51,278 bases of DNA from Candidatus Peribacteria bacterium. GTDB lineage: Bacteria; Patescibacteriota; Gracilibacteria; UBA1369; UBA12463. Shown in pieces: positions 29,433 through 38,932 of this stretch (positions are counted from its first letter, which is position 1; every line of letters starts with the position of its first letter). The stretch covers positions 1-51,278 of the forward strand of contig CALQZC010000003.1 in NCBI GenBank assembly GCA_943349045.1, written 5' to 3'. Under the pieces are notes generated by a model that saw only the letters and a list, made by a program, of their open reading frames with translations, had not been told where the DNA came from and searched no databases. Made by a program: the position numbers and the translations under genes.

Positions 29433-30320
29433 ATGAAAACACCACACGCGACCCACAAAATGACCCACGCCGAGATCGTCAAAGGCATCAAGGAACTCAC
29501 CATCCAGGGCGCCGAACGAATCGCCATCGCCGCCGTCGATGCGCTTTCCCAGGTGATGGCCGCTACCAAAGATCCGAAGAAAATTCAGAAGGCCTACAAG
29601 GAACTCGTCGAGGCACGAGCCACCGAACCAGCGCTCAGAAATTCTCTGAATTACTGCATGGCGAATTTCAAAAAAGACAAGCACTGCGCAGAAACCGTCA
29701 AAAAACACTTCGAAGATTCTCAGAAAAAAATGGCTGAGTACGGCGCCAAGAAAATTCTCGATGGCATGATCGTTTTCACCCACTGCCACTCATCAACCGT
29801 TGAAAGTATTCTCATCGAGGCACATCGACAGGGTAAGAAATTCACCGTCTACAACACCGAAACCCGCCCACGATATCAGGGACGAAAAACCGCTACCGCC
29901 CTGGCAAAAGCAGGTATAAAAGTCGTCCACATGGTCGACAGCGCCGGCCGCACCGCCATGAAAAAAGCAGACATTTTTCTCTACGGCTGCGACTCACTTT
30001 CCAGTGAAGGAAAAACGATCAATAAAATCGGAACGGAGGCCCTCGCCGAGTTTTGCAACAAGGCACGCATCCCCGTCTACTGCTGCACGAACAGCTGGAA
30101 GTTCAATCCAGAAACGGTCTATGGCTTCGACGAAACTATCGAAGAGCGCGATCCAAAAGAAGTCTGGGAAGACGCGCCAAAGGGCGTCAAAATCTTCAAC
30201 CCAGCCTTCGAGGTCATCTCCCCCGACATCATCACCGGCGTCATCACCGAAATCGGCATCTTCAAACCCGAAAACATGGTGAATCGGATTGCTGTGGTAT
30301 ATCCTTGGTTGGTGAAGTAA
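29433..30320 (+). CDS. Ribose-1,5-bisphosphate isomerase (eIF-2B-like family)
   Basis: IQGA..IA, RATEPALRN, THCHSS (catalytic Cys), ETRP, GCD, NKIGT, NPAFE; follows AMP phosphorylase. Confidence 0.9.
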   Translation: MKTPHATHKMTHAEIVKGIKELTIQGAERIAIAAVDALSQVMAATKDPKKIQKAYKELVEARATEPALRNSLNYCMANFKKDKHCAETVKKHFEDSQKKMAEYGAKKILDGMIVFTHCHSSTVESILIEAHRQGKKFTVYNTETRPRYQGRKTATALAKAGIKVVHMVDSAGRTAMKKADIFLYGCDSLSSEGKTINKIGTEALAEFCNKARIPVYCCTNSWKFNPETVYGFDETIEERDPKEVWEDAPKGVKIFNPAFEVISPDIITGVITEIGIFKPENMVNRIAVVYPWLVK

Positions 30321-30331
30321 AAAGCCTTGAT

Positions 30332-30359
30332 TTGATAGCACGGTTAGACGTGCTACAAT
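30332..30359 (+). promoter_or_regulatory. Promoter overlapped by a 7-bp inverted repeat
   Basis: TTGATA-N16-TACAAT with TGn; TAGCACG-N6-CGTGCTA at 30336-30355; ATG 7 nt after the -10. Confidence 0.55.
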
Positions 30360-30366
30360 ACAGCCG

Positions 30367-30852
30367 ATGATCACCCCTGAAGACAGAAAATTTCTCGAGC
30401 TCCTGGACAAAGAAGAACCGAAGGCTAAGTGTCTGCGTGCCAAAATTAGCGCGCTTTTTGCCCGAAACGGAAAAGTCCTCGTGCAGCACAACAACGACTG
30501 GCACCAAGAGTACAACTGCAGCAAGATTGGCTGCATCCGTAATATCATGAATATTCCATCGGGCCACCAGCGAGAAATCTGCTATGGTGTCTGCGCCGAA
30601 CAGTGGTGTCTCGCCCTGGCAGCCGCCGACGGCATTTCCCTGAAAGGCTCCACCCTCTACGTCACCAAACACCCGTGCCGCATCTGCGCAAGCATGGTCG
30701 CCATCGCCGGCGTCACGCGTGTCGTCTACCAGGAAGGATATCCAATCGTTATGGAACAGTTCGATATTTTCAAATCGAAAGGCATTGAAGTTGAACAGGC
30801 AGAAGTCACCCCATTCAAGGATCCTGAAGCAAGCAAGACCCACAGCATCTAA
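30367..30852 (+). CDS. dCMP deaminase-family protein
   Basis: CIR..IPSG...EIC..VCAEQ, TLYVT.HPCRIC, GVTRVVY. Confidence 0.88.
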   Translation: MITPEDRKFLELLDKEEPKAKCLRAKISALFARNGKVLVQHNNDWHQEYNCSKIGCIRNIMNIPSGHQREICYGVCAEQWCLALAAADGISLKGSTLYVTKHPCRICASMVAIAGVTRVVYQEGYPIVMEQFDIFKSKGIEVEQAEVTPFKDPEASKTHSI

Positions 30853-30858
30853 TCACCG

Positions 30859-31863
30859 ATGAAGCTTACCATCAACATTATTTCGGAGACGCCTTTTACG
30901 GTACAGGGACATGGAGTCCATACGGCGTTTGTTGAGGCGGTTGAGGCGTTCAAAAAAATTGGGCTCAATGTGCTCACCAACTCCAACGAACCATGCGATA
31001 TCATGCACGTGCACACAATCGGTCCGTACGCGCTCACTAAAATTCTCAGAAACAGAAAAAAATACAAAAAGCTCGTGATCACCGCACACGTGATTCCGGA
31101 CTCATTCGTCGGAAGCATCGTCGGAAGCAGATACTGGCTCCCGCTGGCACGACGGTATCTGAAGTTCTTTTATGGACTGGCAAATGCCATTATTGCAGTT
31201 TCACCAGATGTAAAAAAAGAGCTGGAAAAGATGCATATCGACAAAAAAATCTTCTTCATCCCGAATAGCGTCAACCCAGAAAAATTCAAACACAGCGATG
31301 AAGACCGTAAAAAAATCCGAACCAAACTCCACCTCAAACCAAAAGAGTTCGTCGTCATGAATACTGGCCAGATCCAGCCAAGAAAAGGGATTGAGAGTTT
31401 CGTTAACACCGCTCACGATTTGCCTGATGTTACCTTCATCTGGATCGGCGGTATGCCGTTCAAAAAACTCGCGGCCGACCACGTCGCCATGGAAAATCTC
31501 ATGAAGAACGCACCGAAAAATGTGATCTTTCCTGGCATCGTCCCGTACGAAGAAATGCCGGCCTACTACAGCGCCGGCGACGTGCTTTTCTTTCCATCGT
31601 ATCAGGAAAATTTTCCATTCAGCATTCTGGAAGCGGCAGCCGCTGGACTTCCCATTATTCTCCGTGACATCGATCTCTACCGTCCGATTTTTGGCGACAA
31701 CTACATAAAAGCAACCGATAGTACATTCACCGACGAAATTATACGACTCAAAAAAGACACACAACATTACAACGAATATAGGACGAAGTCCGGAGGAATC
31801 GCCAAACGCTACGACAGCACCACGACCGCACGAGAACTTCTAGAAATCTACAAAACCCTGTAA
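30859..31863 (+). CDS. GT4 glycosyltransferase (CpoA/diglycosyl-diacylglycerol synthase-like)
   Basis: GHGVHTAF, HVHTIGP, GQIQPRKG, PSYQENF..ILEA. Confidence 0.85.
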   Translation: MKLTINIISETPFTVQGHGVHTAFVEAVEAFKKIGLNVLTNSNEPCDIMHVHTIGPYALTKILRNRKKYKKLVITAHVIPDSFVGSIVGSRYWLPLARRYLKFFYGLANAIIAVSPDVKKELEKMHIDKKIFFIPNSVNPEKFKHSDEDRKKIRTKLHLKPKEFVVMNTGQIQPRKGIESFVNTAHDLPDVTFIWIGGMPFKKLAADHVAMENLMKNAPKNVIFPGIVPYEEMPAYYSAGDVLFFPSYQENFPFSILEAAAAGLPIILRDIDLYRPIFGDNYIKATDSTFTDEIIRLKKDTQHYNEYRTKSGGIAKRYDSTTTARELLEIYKTL

Positions 31864-31872
31864 GATACCCGC

Positions 31873-33033
31873 ATGCGCATCGCCATGTTCACCGACGTCT
31901 TTCCCCCTTCTATTAATGGAGTTGCCTCATCGATTCTGCTCCTCAGTAAAGAACTCGTAAAGCGGGGCCACTACGTTAAAATATTCACCCCATCAATAAA
32001 AAAAGGTCGCCTCACCAAGAAAAAACTAGAAGGCATTGAGGTCTCATACTGCAACTCTATCCCAAGTCTCCTCTACCCGGATATTAAGCTCGGACTCCCC
32101 TTTTATCCGAACACGGTCTATCAGCTCATGAAAGACAAGATTGATATCGTGCACTTTCACACGCCACTTTTCATGGGTGCCGCCGGAATTCTCGCCGCAA
32201 AAATGCTCAAAAAACCAATCGTCGGAACCTTCCATACCTACTTTATGGAACCAGAGTATCTCAAAGTTATTGGCCTGAATATGATGGGAAACACCGTTGA
32301 GAAAATGCTCGTCAAGCTCGGCTGGAAGTACGCAAACATGTATTACAACAGTGCCGATCTCGTCACAACCCCAACCGAAGAGACGAGAAAAATGCTCATA
32401 CATTACAAAATCAAACGACCAACACAAACAATCTCCAATGGCATTCGTCCGCCAACGCTTCCTCGCTCAGCGCTAACGCAACACCACACCAGTAAAACAC
32501 TTCTCTATGTCGGACGTCTCAGTAAGGAAAAAAATCTGGATATTCTCGTGAAGGCCTTCGGTCTCGTCCACAAAAAAAAACCGGCCTTTAAACTGATGAT
32601 TGTGGGCGACGGACCGTATGAAAAAAAGTTACGAGCGGTCGTCACCGAGCAGAAACTTGAAAAACAGGTGATCTTCAAAGGAAAAATTCCATTCGAAAAA
32701 CTCCTCAACTCAAATATCTACACGAACGCGGGCATCTTTATCACCGCATCCACCTCAGAAACTCAGGGACTCTCGATCGTGGAGGGCATGTCATACGGAC
32801 TGCCTGTCGTCGGTGTCGCAAAACGCGGTATCGCAGAACTGATCAAGGGAAACGGTCTTCCGTGTAAGACCGCCAACGCCAAAGAGATCGCCCGAAATAT
32901 TCTCACGATTATCAACTCACCCGAGCTCGCCAAAAAAATGTCACTCGAGTCTCTCCACCTCGCCAAAAAATACGCCATCAGCACCGTAACCGCCGAATTT
33001 GAAAAGGCCTACGAGAATCTAATTTTCAGATAG
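31873..33033 (+). CDS. GT4 glycosyltransferase (monoglycosyl-diacylglycerol synthase-like)
   Basis: MRIAMFTDVFPPSINGVA, HFHTP, TFHT, YVGRLSKEKN, STSETQGL..VEG. Confidence 0.88.
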   Translation: MRIAMFTDVFPPSINGVASSILLLSKELVKRGHYVKIFTPSIKKGRLTKKKLEGIEVSYCNSIPSLLYPDIKLGLPFYPNTVYQLMKDKIDIVHFHTPLFMGAAGILAAKMLKKPIVGTFHTYFMEPEYLKVIGLNMMGNTVEKMLVKLGWKYANMYYNSADLVTTPTEETRKMLIHYKIKRPTQTISNGIRPPTLPRSALTQHHTSKTLLYVGRLSKEKNLDILVKAFGLVHKKKPAFKLMIVGDGPYEKKLRAVVTEQKLEKQVIFKGKIPFEKLLNSNIYTNAGIFITASTSETQGLSIVEGMSYGLPVVGVAKRGIAELIKGNGLPCKTANAKEIARNILTIINSPELAKKMSLESLHLAKKYAISTVTAEFEKAYENLIFR

Positions 33034-33035
33034 CA

Positions 33036-35072
33036 TTACATCTGTACCTCGTAAATCTTATTCGCGCCAAGAATATGCAACCGGCTCGTACTCTTGTCGA
33101 ATGAAACGTCTCGGATATCTTTCAGGCCATCGATCACAATCTGCTGCATATAGACCAGATGCTCGGTCTTCGGATCCTTATAGTACACAAACACCTTTCC
33201 GCCAGCACTATCGACCACAAACAGTGAGGTCATCTCAGCATCAGTGTAGACACGCGTCGGACCAACCATAGGGGTAAACGGCGCACGATCAATCTGAAGC
33301 GGCTGCTTCACTCCACCATAAAATCGGCTCAAAGAACCGTCACTATTCACCACAAAGACGCTCGAGTCGATCGTCAAGGCGACGCCATTTTTCACATCAC
33401 CTGCCGTTTTGTAACCCTCGGCCGTACCGAACGAGCCACGGCTCTTCACGTAAGGATATCTCCAAATTTGGTCAGATCCAGGATCAAGAATATAAATACG
33501 GCTTCCCCAATCGGTCATCTGGACACCCTTTCGGAATGAGCCTTCCTGCGCAGCCATTGGACGAATTGAACCATTCACAAGTTCATACACCTTACCACTC
33601 TTTGAGAAGAATACGGGGACCTCTTTTTCATCAAAATAGACAGAAGAGATCACGGGATCATTCGCCTCAAACTCGAGAGGTTTTTGAACCTTATCGAGCA
33701 CCACTTCAACCATCTTCTGGGCCTCGTACACGAAGAATCGATCTTTACCAGCAACCATACCAAGCGCATTACTGACGCCACCACTAGAAAGATCCACAAC
33801 CACCTTCGCATCCGAAACACGTCGAATATTATCGAGAAGTTCACGGGTTTTTTGAATTTGAGAAAGAATTTCGAGTGCTTTCGCGCGGTGATGAGATGTA
33901 TTCAGAACCTCTTTCGCCTTCGTTTCAGCAGCATCAAGAATGACGCCCGCTGCCGTCTTATCAGTTAATCCCCTACTCTCGGCGTCACTTACCATCTGTC
34001 GGGACTCCTGAAGTTTCGTATCAAGAGAGAGGAGCTCAGCATTTCGAACCTGACTTCCTCGAACAAACCAGATACCAAGAAGAAGGAGGAGAATAATTCC
34101 CACGAACGCAACAAGAATCTTATCCTTAGTCAAACCCTTATCCTGACTCAGACGATACTGAAATTCAGCACCAAAACGTCGAAGTGGTCCCGTCTTGGAA
34201 AAAAGATCGGCACCTTGAACCTTCTGGACAAGGAGGCCACCATACTTTCGAGCCTGCTGAAAAACTGGGCCAAATATCGCACCCCGCGGCAAGTAGGTCC
34301 GAGACGTATACTTTTTTTCAGCCAATCGACCCACGGGTTCATCATCTAGGGGATCTAATTCATCCTCTGCCAAGGTACTACTCGAGGCCAGCTCAGCAAT
34401 CAGTGCCTCCTCAGTGACGAGGGTTGTCCCAATACCGATGAGGCCAATTCGTCCAAGAATTTCACTCGACAACGCGTCACGAAGATCTGACAACGTACGA
34501 GCCACATTACTCGAGATGACCATACGGGAGAGATCAATTTTGGTAATATACCGAAGCAGACGAGTCGTTGAAAACAGGACAAAGTCCCCGGGCTCGAGCT
34601 CACCATTGGCAATACTCGTAAAAAGATCGCCCTCTTTATTATGGGGATCAGAGAGTCCCTCACTGACGATGCTCACGAAACGCTTCCGTATAAGGTACGC
34701 CTCACTGTCGCCGCACTGGCTCACATAGAGGGCTCCGTGCTCAACCGCTCCGACCACCGCGTGCATCACACCAATGTGCTTATTCAGCTTTCCCTTACGG
34801 AAGTCATGAAGTCGTCGATTGATACCCTTCAAGGCATTTTCAAAGCGCAAATAGCCCTCAAGGGCCATCTCCTCAAAAAAAATCGTTTTAAGCTCCTGAA
34901 AAATCGCCTCTCCGATAACCTCAGCCTCAGAAGCGTTATTTTGAATCTCTAAACAGAGGAAAACCTGACCGGCTGCCCCCCTATTTTCCTGAACTTCGTA
35001 CGTGTAATTCTCGAGAAAGCTTCCTTCATCTCGTCCTACAAAGAGAAATTCATAATTTGCCTTGAGAATCAT
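33036..35072 (-). CDS. Membrane protein: PP2C-like domain, TM, helical linker, beta-propeller-like domain
   Basis: GDSEAYLIR and GELEPGDFVLFST (PP2C fold); TM ILVAFVGIILLLLLGIWFV; YILDP, IDSSVFV, LFVVD repeats. Confidence 0.75.
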   Translation of the reverse strand: MILKANYEFLFVGRDEGSFLENYTYEVQENRGAAGQVFLCLEIQNNASEAEVIGEAIFQELKTIFFEEMALEGYLRFENALKGINRRLHDFRKGKLNKHIGVMHAVVGAVEHGALYVSQCGDSEAYLIRKRFVSIVSEGLSDPHNKEGDLFTSIANGELEPGDFVLFSTTRLLRYITKIDLSRMVISSNVARTLSDLRDALSSEILGRIGLIGIGTTLVTEEALIAELASSSTLAEDELDPLDDEPVGRLAEKKYTSRTYLPRGAIFGPVFQQARKYGGLLVQKVQGADLFSKTGPLRRFGAEFQYRLSQDKGLTKDKILVAFVGIILLLLLGIWFVRGSQVRNAELLSLDTKLQESRQMVSDAESRGLTDKTAAGVILDAAETKAKEVLNTSHHRAKALEILSQIQKTRELLDNIRRVSDAKVVVDLSSGGVSNALGMVAGKDRFFVYEAQKMVEVVLDKVQKPLEFEANDPVISSVYFDEKEVPVFFSKSGKVYELVNGSIRPMAAQEGSFRKGVQMTDWGSRIYILDPGSDQIWRYPYVKSRGSFGTAEGYKTAGDVKNGVALTIDSSVFVVNSDGSLSRFYGGVKQPLQIDRAPFTPMVGPTRVYTDAEMTSLFVVDSAGGKVFVYYKDPKTEHLVYMQQIVIDGLKDIRDVSFDKSTSRLHILGANKIYEVQM

Positions 35073-35118
35073 ACGGAGAAACTATACACAGCCATCCGCA
35101 GTAATTCAACATAATTCG

Positions 35119-35147
35119 TTGACACTGCCAGAAATCCAAGATAAGCT
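35119..35147 (+). promoter_or_regulatory. Sigma70 promoter of the rpmH operon
   Basis: TTGACA-N17-TAAGCT. Confidence 0.6.
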
Positions 35148-35183
35148 TACGCCGCATATTCGCAAGCCATAAACTCTTTTATC

Positions 35184-35312
35184 ATGCTGTCTAAACTTAA
35201 AAAGCGAAAACGAGCTCGAACACACGGCTTCTTGAAGCGTTCACGATCAGTAGGTGGCCGAAAGGTCCTCTCTGCTCGACGCGCAAAAGGAAGAAAGCGA
35301 CTTACTGTCTAA
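35184..35312 (+). CDS. rpmH: 50S ribosomal protein L34 (not in ORF track)
   Basis: Manual translation [42 protein letters not shown]; upstream of rnpA. Confidence 0.96.
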   Translation: MLSKLKKRKRARTHGFLKRSRSVGGRKVLSARRAKGRKRLTV

Positions 35313-35313
35313 C

Positions 35314-35655
35314 ATGCTCGCAAAAGACCACCGCCTCAGCAAAAAAGACATTGAGTTACTTTTTAAGCAAGGTGAGGGTTTTCGTACTCCATTTGTCTTC
35401 TTCCGGACCCGACCGACAAATATACCAAGAGCACGCTTCTGTATTATTTTTACGAAAACGGTGAAAATGACGAGCATCGAGCGAAACCGAATACGAAGAC
35501 TGACGTATGGAGTCCTTCAGAAATATCTGGAAAAGTTCAGAACTCATCGGGACTACGCCGTAACGATCACGCCGAAACTCATCGAACAACCTCAAAAGAA
35601 ACGTCGAGAAATTCTCGAACAATCCCTCACTCCATTATTGTCACTCCATGGCTAA
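35314..35655 (+). CDS. rnpA: Ribonuclease P protein component
   Basis: MLAKDHRL, ERNRIRR motif, rpmH-rnpA-yidC synteny. Confidence 0.92.
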   Translation: MLAKDHRLSKKDIELLFKQGEGFRTPFVFFRTRPTNIPRARFCIIFTKTVKMTSIERNRIRRLTYGVLQKYLEKFRTHRDYAVTITPKLIEQPQKKRREILEQSLTPLLSLHG

Positions 35656-36892
35656 AAAAATCCTCCGCAACGTTCTCACCTTTCTCGCCATCTTTTTGGT
35701 GGTAAACGCCGCCTTCAGCTACTTCGCCGGACCATCTAAGGATACGAGTGGAACAGAGGCGCCGGTAAAAATCGTCATGAGCGATGACGAGTATGGTCGC
35801 GGAGCAAACGTCACCGCATCTCTGGAAAACAACACCGATAAGGACTTCACCATTCCAAACGACTGCCCAAGCGAGCCACTTGAGGTCATGAAGTATACCA
35901 ATAATCAGTGGGGAAAGGTCGAAGCACGACCAGAGGTAACCTGCGACGCAACCGAGAAAACACTCACTGTAAAAGCCAAAAGCAAGCTCGTGATCGACTA
36001 TGCAAACTGGAATCACGCCCTCTTCGGCGAAAACGGACGATATAAAGTAAGTATAAAACTTCCTGCAGCGGCAGGCGTCGAAGACGCCACCGAAAAAACA
36101 GTTGAGTCCCCTGAGTTCACCATCGTCAATCCAAGCATCTGGAGAACACTGTGGACCAGCGTCTTCTACCAGCCTATCTATAACGTACTCGTGTTCCTCA
36201 CCGCGAAAATTCCAGGTCACGACCTCGGGTTTGCCATTATTGCGCTGACGATTCTCATCCGACTTCTTCTCCTCGCACCGTCTCAAAAAGCGCTCAAGTC
36301 ACAGAAAAAAATGCAGGAGCTTCAGCCGAAACTCGAGGCCATCAAGGAAAAGCACAAAGGAAATCAACAGATGATCTCCGTGGAAACCATGGCGCTCTGG
36401 AAAGACAATAAAGTGAATCCATTCGGAAGCTGTCTGCCAATCTTGATTCAGTTCCCGGTATTAATTGCCCTCTTTTATGTGGTGCAGACCGGCCTAAACC
36501 CAGACAACGCCTACCTTCTCTATCCAGGATTCATCAGCGTATCGCTCAGTGATATTCACACGAATTTCTTCGGAATTCTCGAGCTCACGACGAGAAACAC
36601 CATCGTCCTTCCACTTATCGTCGGCCTTTTGCAATTCGTCCAGATGAAGATGACCCTGAAAAAAGCAGCTCCAGGAGCCAAAAAATCAGAAATGGAAATC
36701 GCAAACAGTATGATGATTTACGTCATGCCGGTGATGATCGCGCTCTTCACCGCCTCCGTTCCTGCGGGTGTTGGTCTCTATTGGGCGACCTCGACACTCT
36801 TCGGTATCGGACAACAGGCCTATGTAAACAAACAGACTGGCGGATCTTCAGGTCAAGATAACAACTCCGCAAAGCGCATTATCACGGTCTAA
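35648..36892 (+). CDS. yidC: Membrane protein insertase YidC
   Basis: GFAIIALTILIRLLL, MQELQPKL, VNPFGSCLPILIQFP, PAGVGLYW. Confidence 0.96.
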   Translation: MAKKILRNVLTFLAIFLVVNAAFSYFAGPSKDTSGTEAPVKIVMSDDEYGRGANVTASLENNTDKDFTIPNDCPSEPLEVMKYTNNQWGKVEARPEVTCDATEKTLTVKAKSKLVIDYANWNHALFGENGRYKVSIKLPAAAGVEDATEKTVESPEFTIVNPSIWRTLWTSVFYQPIYNVLVFLTAKIPGHDLGFAIIALTILIRLLLLAPSQKALKSQKKMQELQPKLEAIKEKHKGNQQMISVETMALWKDNKVNPFGSCLPILIQFPVLIALFYVVQTGLNPDNAYLLYPGFISVSLSDIHTNFFGILELTTRNTIVLPLIVGLLQFVQMKMTLKKAAPGAKKSEMEIANSMMIYVMPVMIALFTASVPAGVGLYWATSTLFGIGQQAYVNKQTGGSSGQDNNSAKRIITV

Positions 36893-36933
36893 AAAACCTG
36901 CTATACTTACACCTACATCTTTATTTACTTCCC

Positions 36934-37443
36934 ATGGAACTCGAACGAATGATTCTGCAGACGCTAGAAGAATTCATGAAGCATCTCGGCATCGAGATGA
37001 CGAATGTCGAACTGACCAAAGAAGAAAACGGAACCTTCCGAGTGAACATCGAGGCAGAAAATGCCAATCAGATTATCGGCCACCACGGTGAAAACCTCAT
37101 CGCCCTTCAGCACGCCGTCAAACTCATCCTGTGGAGACAGATCGACAAAAACGCCGAGACGAAAAAGCTCGCACCAAACGAAGAAAATTTTTCTTTTGTG
37201 CTCGATATAGAAAATTACCGACGACGTCAGGAAGAAAATGTCATCATGATCGCCGAACAAAAAGCCGAGATCGTCCGAAAAACCCGAAAAAATCAGTCAC
37301 TTCCGCCGATGTCACCATACTTCCGACGTCTCATCCACATGCATTTTACCAAGCCTGAGTACCAGGATCTCGAGACCATCAGCCAGGGCGAGGGCGATGT
37401 TCGACAAGTCACCATCCGTTCCAAAGTTCTCATCGAAGAGTAG
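36934..37443 (+). CDS. jag: Jag/KhpB RNA-binding protein (KH plus R3H)
   Basis: IIGHHGENLIALQ, LDIENYR, LPPMSPYFRRLIH, SQGEG. Confidence 0.92.
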   Translation: MELERMILQTLEEFMKHLGIEMTNVELTKEENGTFRVNIEAENANQIIGHHGENLIALQHAVKLILWRQIDKNAETKKLAPNEENFSFVLDIENYRRRQEENVIMIAEQKAEIVRKTRKNQSLPPMSPYFRRLIHMHFTKPEYQDLETISQGEGDVRQVTIRSKVLIEE

Positions 37444-37452
37444 TATTTCTCT

Positions 37453-38415
37453 ATGACCACAAACATGGCCCCGAAACCCTGGATGCTCCTCGGCGTTCTC
37501 TTGCTGTCCACCACCATTTCTGCGATCGTTTCTGCAGGAACTCTTCCGGTGGAAGAGGAAAAGAAAGTATTCTTCTCCGATATTACCATCGGCTCTCCGT
37601 ATCTCGTACAACTCAAATATCTTCATACACAAGGCCTGATCGATGGCTACGAAAACGGCATGTTTCAACCAAAAAAACTGATCACTCGCGCCGAAGCCGC
37701 AACGATGCTCGAACGCGCACTCTTGGATGAAGAAACAAAATCTGACACGACCACGAGATTTTCTGATGTTCCACAAGATCACTGGGCACATGAAACCATC
37801 AGTCACATGGCAGAGAAGAAAATTATCAAGGGCTACAAAAATGAGGAATTTAAACCAAACCAAACAATCAACCGAGCCGAGGCGATCAAGATGGTGATTG
37901 TCGCCGAGCAGATAAAAAGTCCAAAACTCACCCTTCCTACCAACAGCAAAAGCTCATTCAAGGATATGAAAGGAACCGAGTGGTTCGCGCCGTACATCGA
38001 GGCAGCAAACAGCCGAACGATGCTCACCTACAGCACCAAAATGCTCATCTATCCTGCAGACCAGGTGACCCGCGGTGAGTTTGCCGATCTGGTCTACCGT
38101 GCGATCCGCACCCGCGAACCCGGCCACTTCTTCGGACGGGGAACCTACTACAGCGATTTCTTCGAAGGACGCGGAACCTCCGCCGGCGAAAAGTATCGCA
38201 AAGACGGCTACACCGCCGCGCACAAGACACTCCCCTTTAACACAAAAATAAAAGTCACCTACCTCCGCAACGAACAATCCGTCACGGTGCGCGTCAACGA
38301 CCGCGGCCCATTCACGCCAAGCATGGACGTCGATCTCACCCGTCGCGCCTTCAGTGACCTCGCCAATCCATCCGAAGGCATTATACCAATTGAATACGAA
38401 ATCGTGACCGAGTAA
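37453..38415 (+). CDS. rlpA: SLH-domain RlpA-family lytic transglycosylase
   Basis: Three SLH repeats (ITRAEA, INRAEA, VTRGEF); TAAHKTLPF..VRVNDRGPF..DL. Confidence 0.9.
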   Translation: MTTNMAPKPWMLLGVLLLSTTISAIVSAGTLPVEEEKKVFFSDITIGSPYLVQLKYLHTQGLIDGYENGMFQPKKLITRAEAATMLERALLDEETKSDTTTRFSDVPQDHWAHETISHMAEKKIIKGYKNEEFKPNQTINRAEAIKMVIVAEQIKSPKLTLPTNSKSSFKDMKGTEWFAPYIEAANSRTMLTYSTKMLIYPADQVTRGEFADLVYRAIRTREPGHFFGRGTYYSDFFEGRGTSAGEKYRKDGYTAAHKTLPFNTKIKVTYLRNEQSVTVRVNDRGPFTPSMDVDLTRRAFSDLANPSEGIIPIEYEIVTE

Positions 38416-38436
38416 ACTTGCCGCATAACCCTCACT

Positions 38437-38784
38437 ATGAACGAAGTTATCCTCCCAAAACGCAACGTCAAGATTCTCAACCGTGAGACTTTTTCGCGAG
38501 CAACCAACAAAACCATCACGATGTTGGTGCTCACCCTCGGTGCGATGATTATTATTCTGAGCGCCGTCTTTATCACGATGACAAGTGCCACTTCCCAAAA
38601 AGGCTACGAACTCAAACAGCTCCAGCTCGCAAACGAACAGCTCCAGCTCACCAGCGAAAAACTCCGCGGCGACGTCACCGAGTCCCGCTCCTTCACGAGC
38701 GTCGAAGAGACCGAAAAGGTCCAGGAAATGTCCCCTCCCGAGTTCAAAAAATATGTCACCAGCAAGAAAAGTGCCAAGAAATAG
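38437..38784 (+). CDS. FtsL-like single-TM coiled-coil protein
   Basis: TM then GYELKQL..EQLQL..EKLR heptads. Confidence 0.55.
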   Translation: MNEVILPKRNVKILNRETFSRATNKTITMLVLTLGAMIIILSAVFITMTSATSQKGYELKQLQLANEQLQLTSEKLRGDVTESRSFTSVEETEKVQEMSPPEFKKYVTSKKSAKK

Positions 38785-38803
38785 GCGAGAAATGAAGCTA
38801 GAA

Positions 38804-38832
38804 TTGACTTTCAACAACCTTCTGCCTATACT
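38804..38832 (+). promoter_or_regulatory. Sigma70 promoter of tRNA-Glu
   Basis: TTGACT-N17-TATACT. Confidence 0.7.
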
Positions 38833-38857
38833 TCCCCAGCCTCAATACGCTCATCGT

Positions 38858-38932
38858 GGCGCCATCGTCTAATGGTTAGGACGCTACCCTTTCAAGGTGG
38901 AGATAGGAGTTCAATCCTCCTTGGTGCTACCA
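38858..38932 (+). tRNA. tRNA-Glu (TTC)
   Basis: Acceptor GGCGCCA/TGGTGCT, anticodon arm CTACC-CTTTCAA-GGTGG, T-loop TTCAATC, encoded CCA. Confidence 0.97.

Noticed and set aside
35073-35183. oriC next to rpmH
   Set aside because: No dnaA and no TTATCCACA boxes; the gap is short and holds promoters.
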